DNA of 64,000 bases from Paraspadella gotoi (Eukaryota; Animalia; Chaetognatha), in assembly GCA_051294375.1 (NCBI GenBank), contig CM119265.1, forward strand, positions 9,122,772 through 9,186,771, written 5' to 3'. Both the position numbers and the translations under genes were made by a program. The first letter of the stretch is position 1. Every line of letters begins with the position of its first letter. The notes beneath the pieces were generated by a model. That model was given only the letters and a program-made list of their open reading frames with translations, had not been told where the DNA came from and made no database searches. Of the stretch, positions 63,522 through 64,000 are shown piece by piece.

Positions 63522-64000
63522 AGAGAAAGTATGCTTGAAATCGCAGATAATGCGTGGGAGGAAGAGAGAGAGAGAGANNNNNNNNNNGAGAGAGAGAGAG
63601 AGTCTTTTGTCAGCTTTCATGAAAAGGTTGGCCTTACTTTTTTCATTCGGAGAAATTAAGATGGAAATTATTTTACAATGAACATATTTTATGAACCCGT
63701 TGCACGTTTCGGAGGATTCAAATAATTTGCGCGTATGATAAAAAGTAACGTTTCAATTAGCTATTCCAACATGAAAATTTGCGTACGTACAAAAAAATAA
63801 TTTGATTTTCGCGCCATCTGTCGCCAAGAGCCGAGGGCGCCGCCGACGAGCAAAAAACGAAAACCGCGGCGCCGCTTTAAGCGAGAACTAAGACGGCGCC
63901 AGTAGAAAACGCGCGAGGAACGCGCGCCACGAAACGAGGACGAGCGCGCGACAACAACGACGACAACGACAACAGGGCGACGACGAAAGCGGCGACGACT

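Overview
Eukaryotic (invertebrate animal-like) genomic DNA with GC-rich exons and AT-rich, repeat-laden introns. Seven spliced genes are recognisable: EXOC4/Sec8, RERE/Atrophin, a sphingosine kinase, DENND6, KIAA0319-like, a divergent Na+/K+-ATPase alpha-type P2C pump and a DEG/ENaC channel. There is also one orphan membrane-protein gene whose intron holds a U2 snRNA gene on the opposite strand. The most interesting signals are non-coding. (1) A ~250-nt structured dispersed repeat carries a circularly permuted (type-P5) twister ribozyme fold with a compensatory T1 pseudoknot and a palindromic P1. There are four copies, plus an unrelated second twister-like motif at ~62.7 kb. (2) Two hAT-like MITEs sit at the same nucleotide of two of these repeats. 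(3) A very young gag-only BEL/Pao-like LTR element has no tRNA primer-binding site; instead an 11-nt PBS is perfectly complementary to its own LTR, suggesting Tf1-like self-priming. All calls were made by eye, without database searches; exon boundaries are manual.
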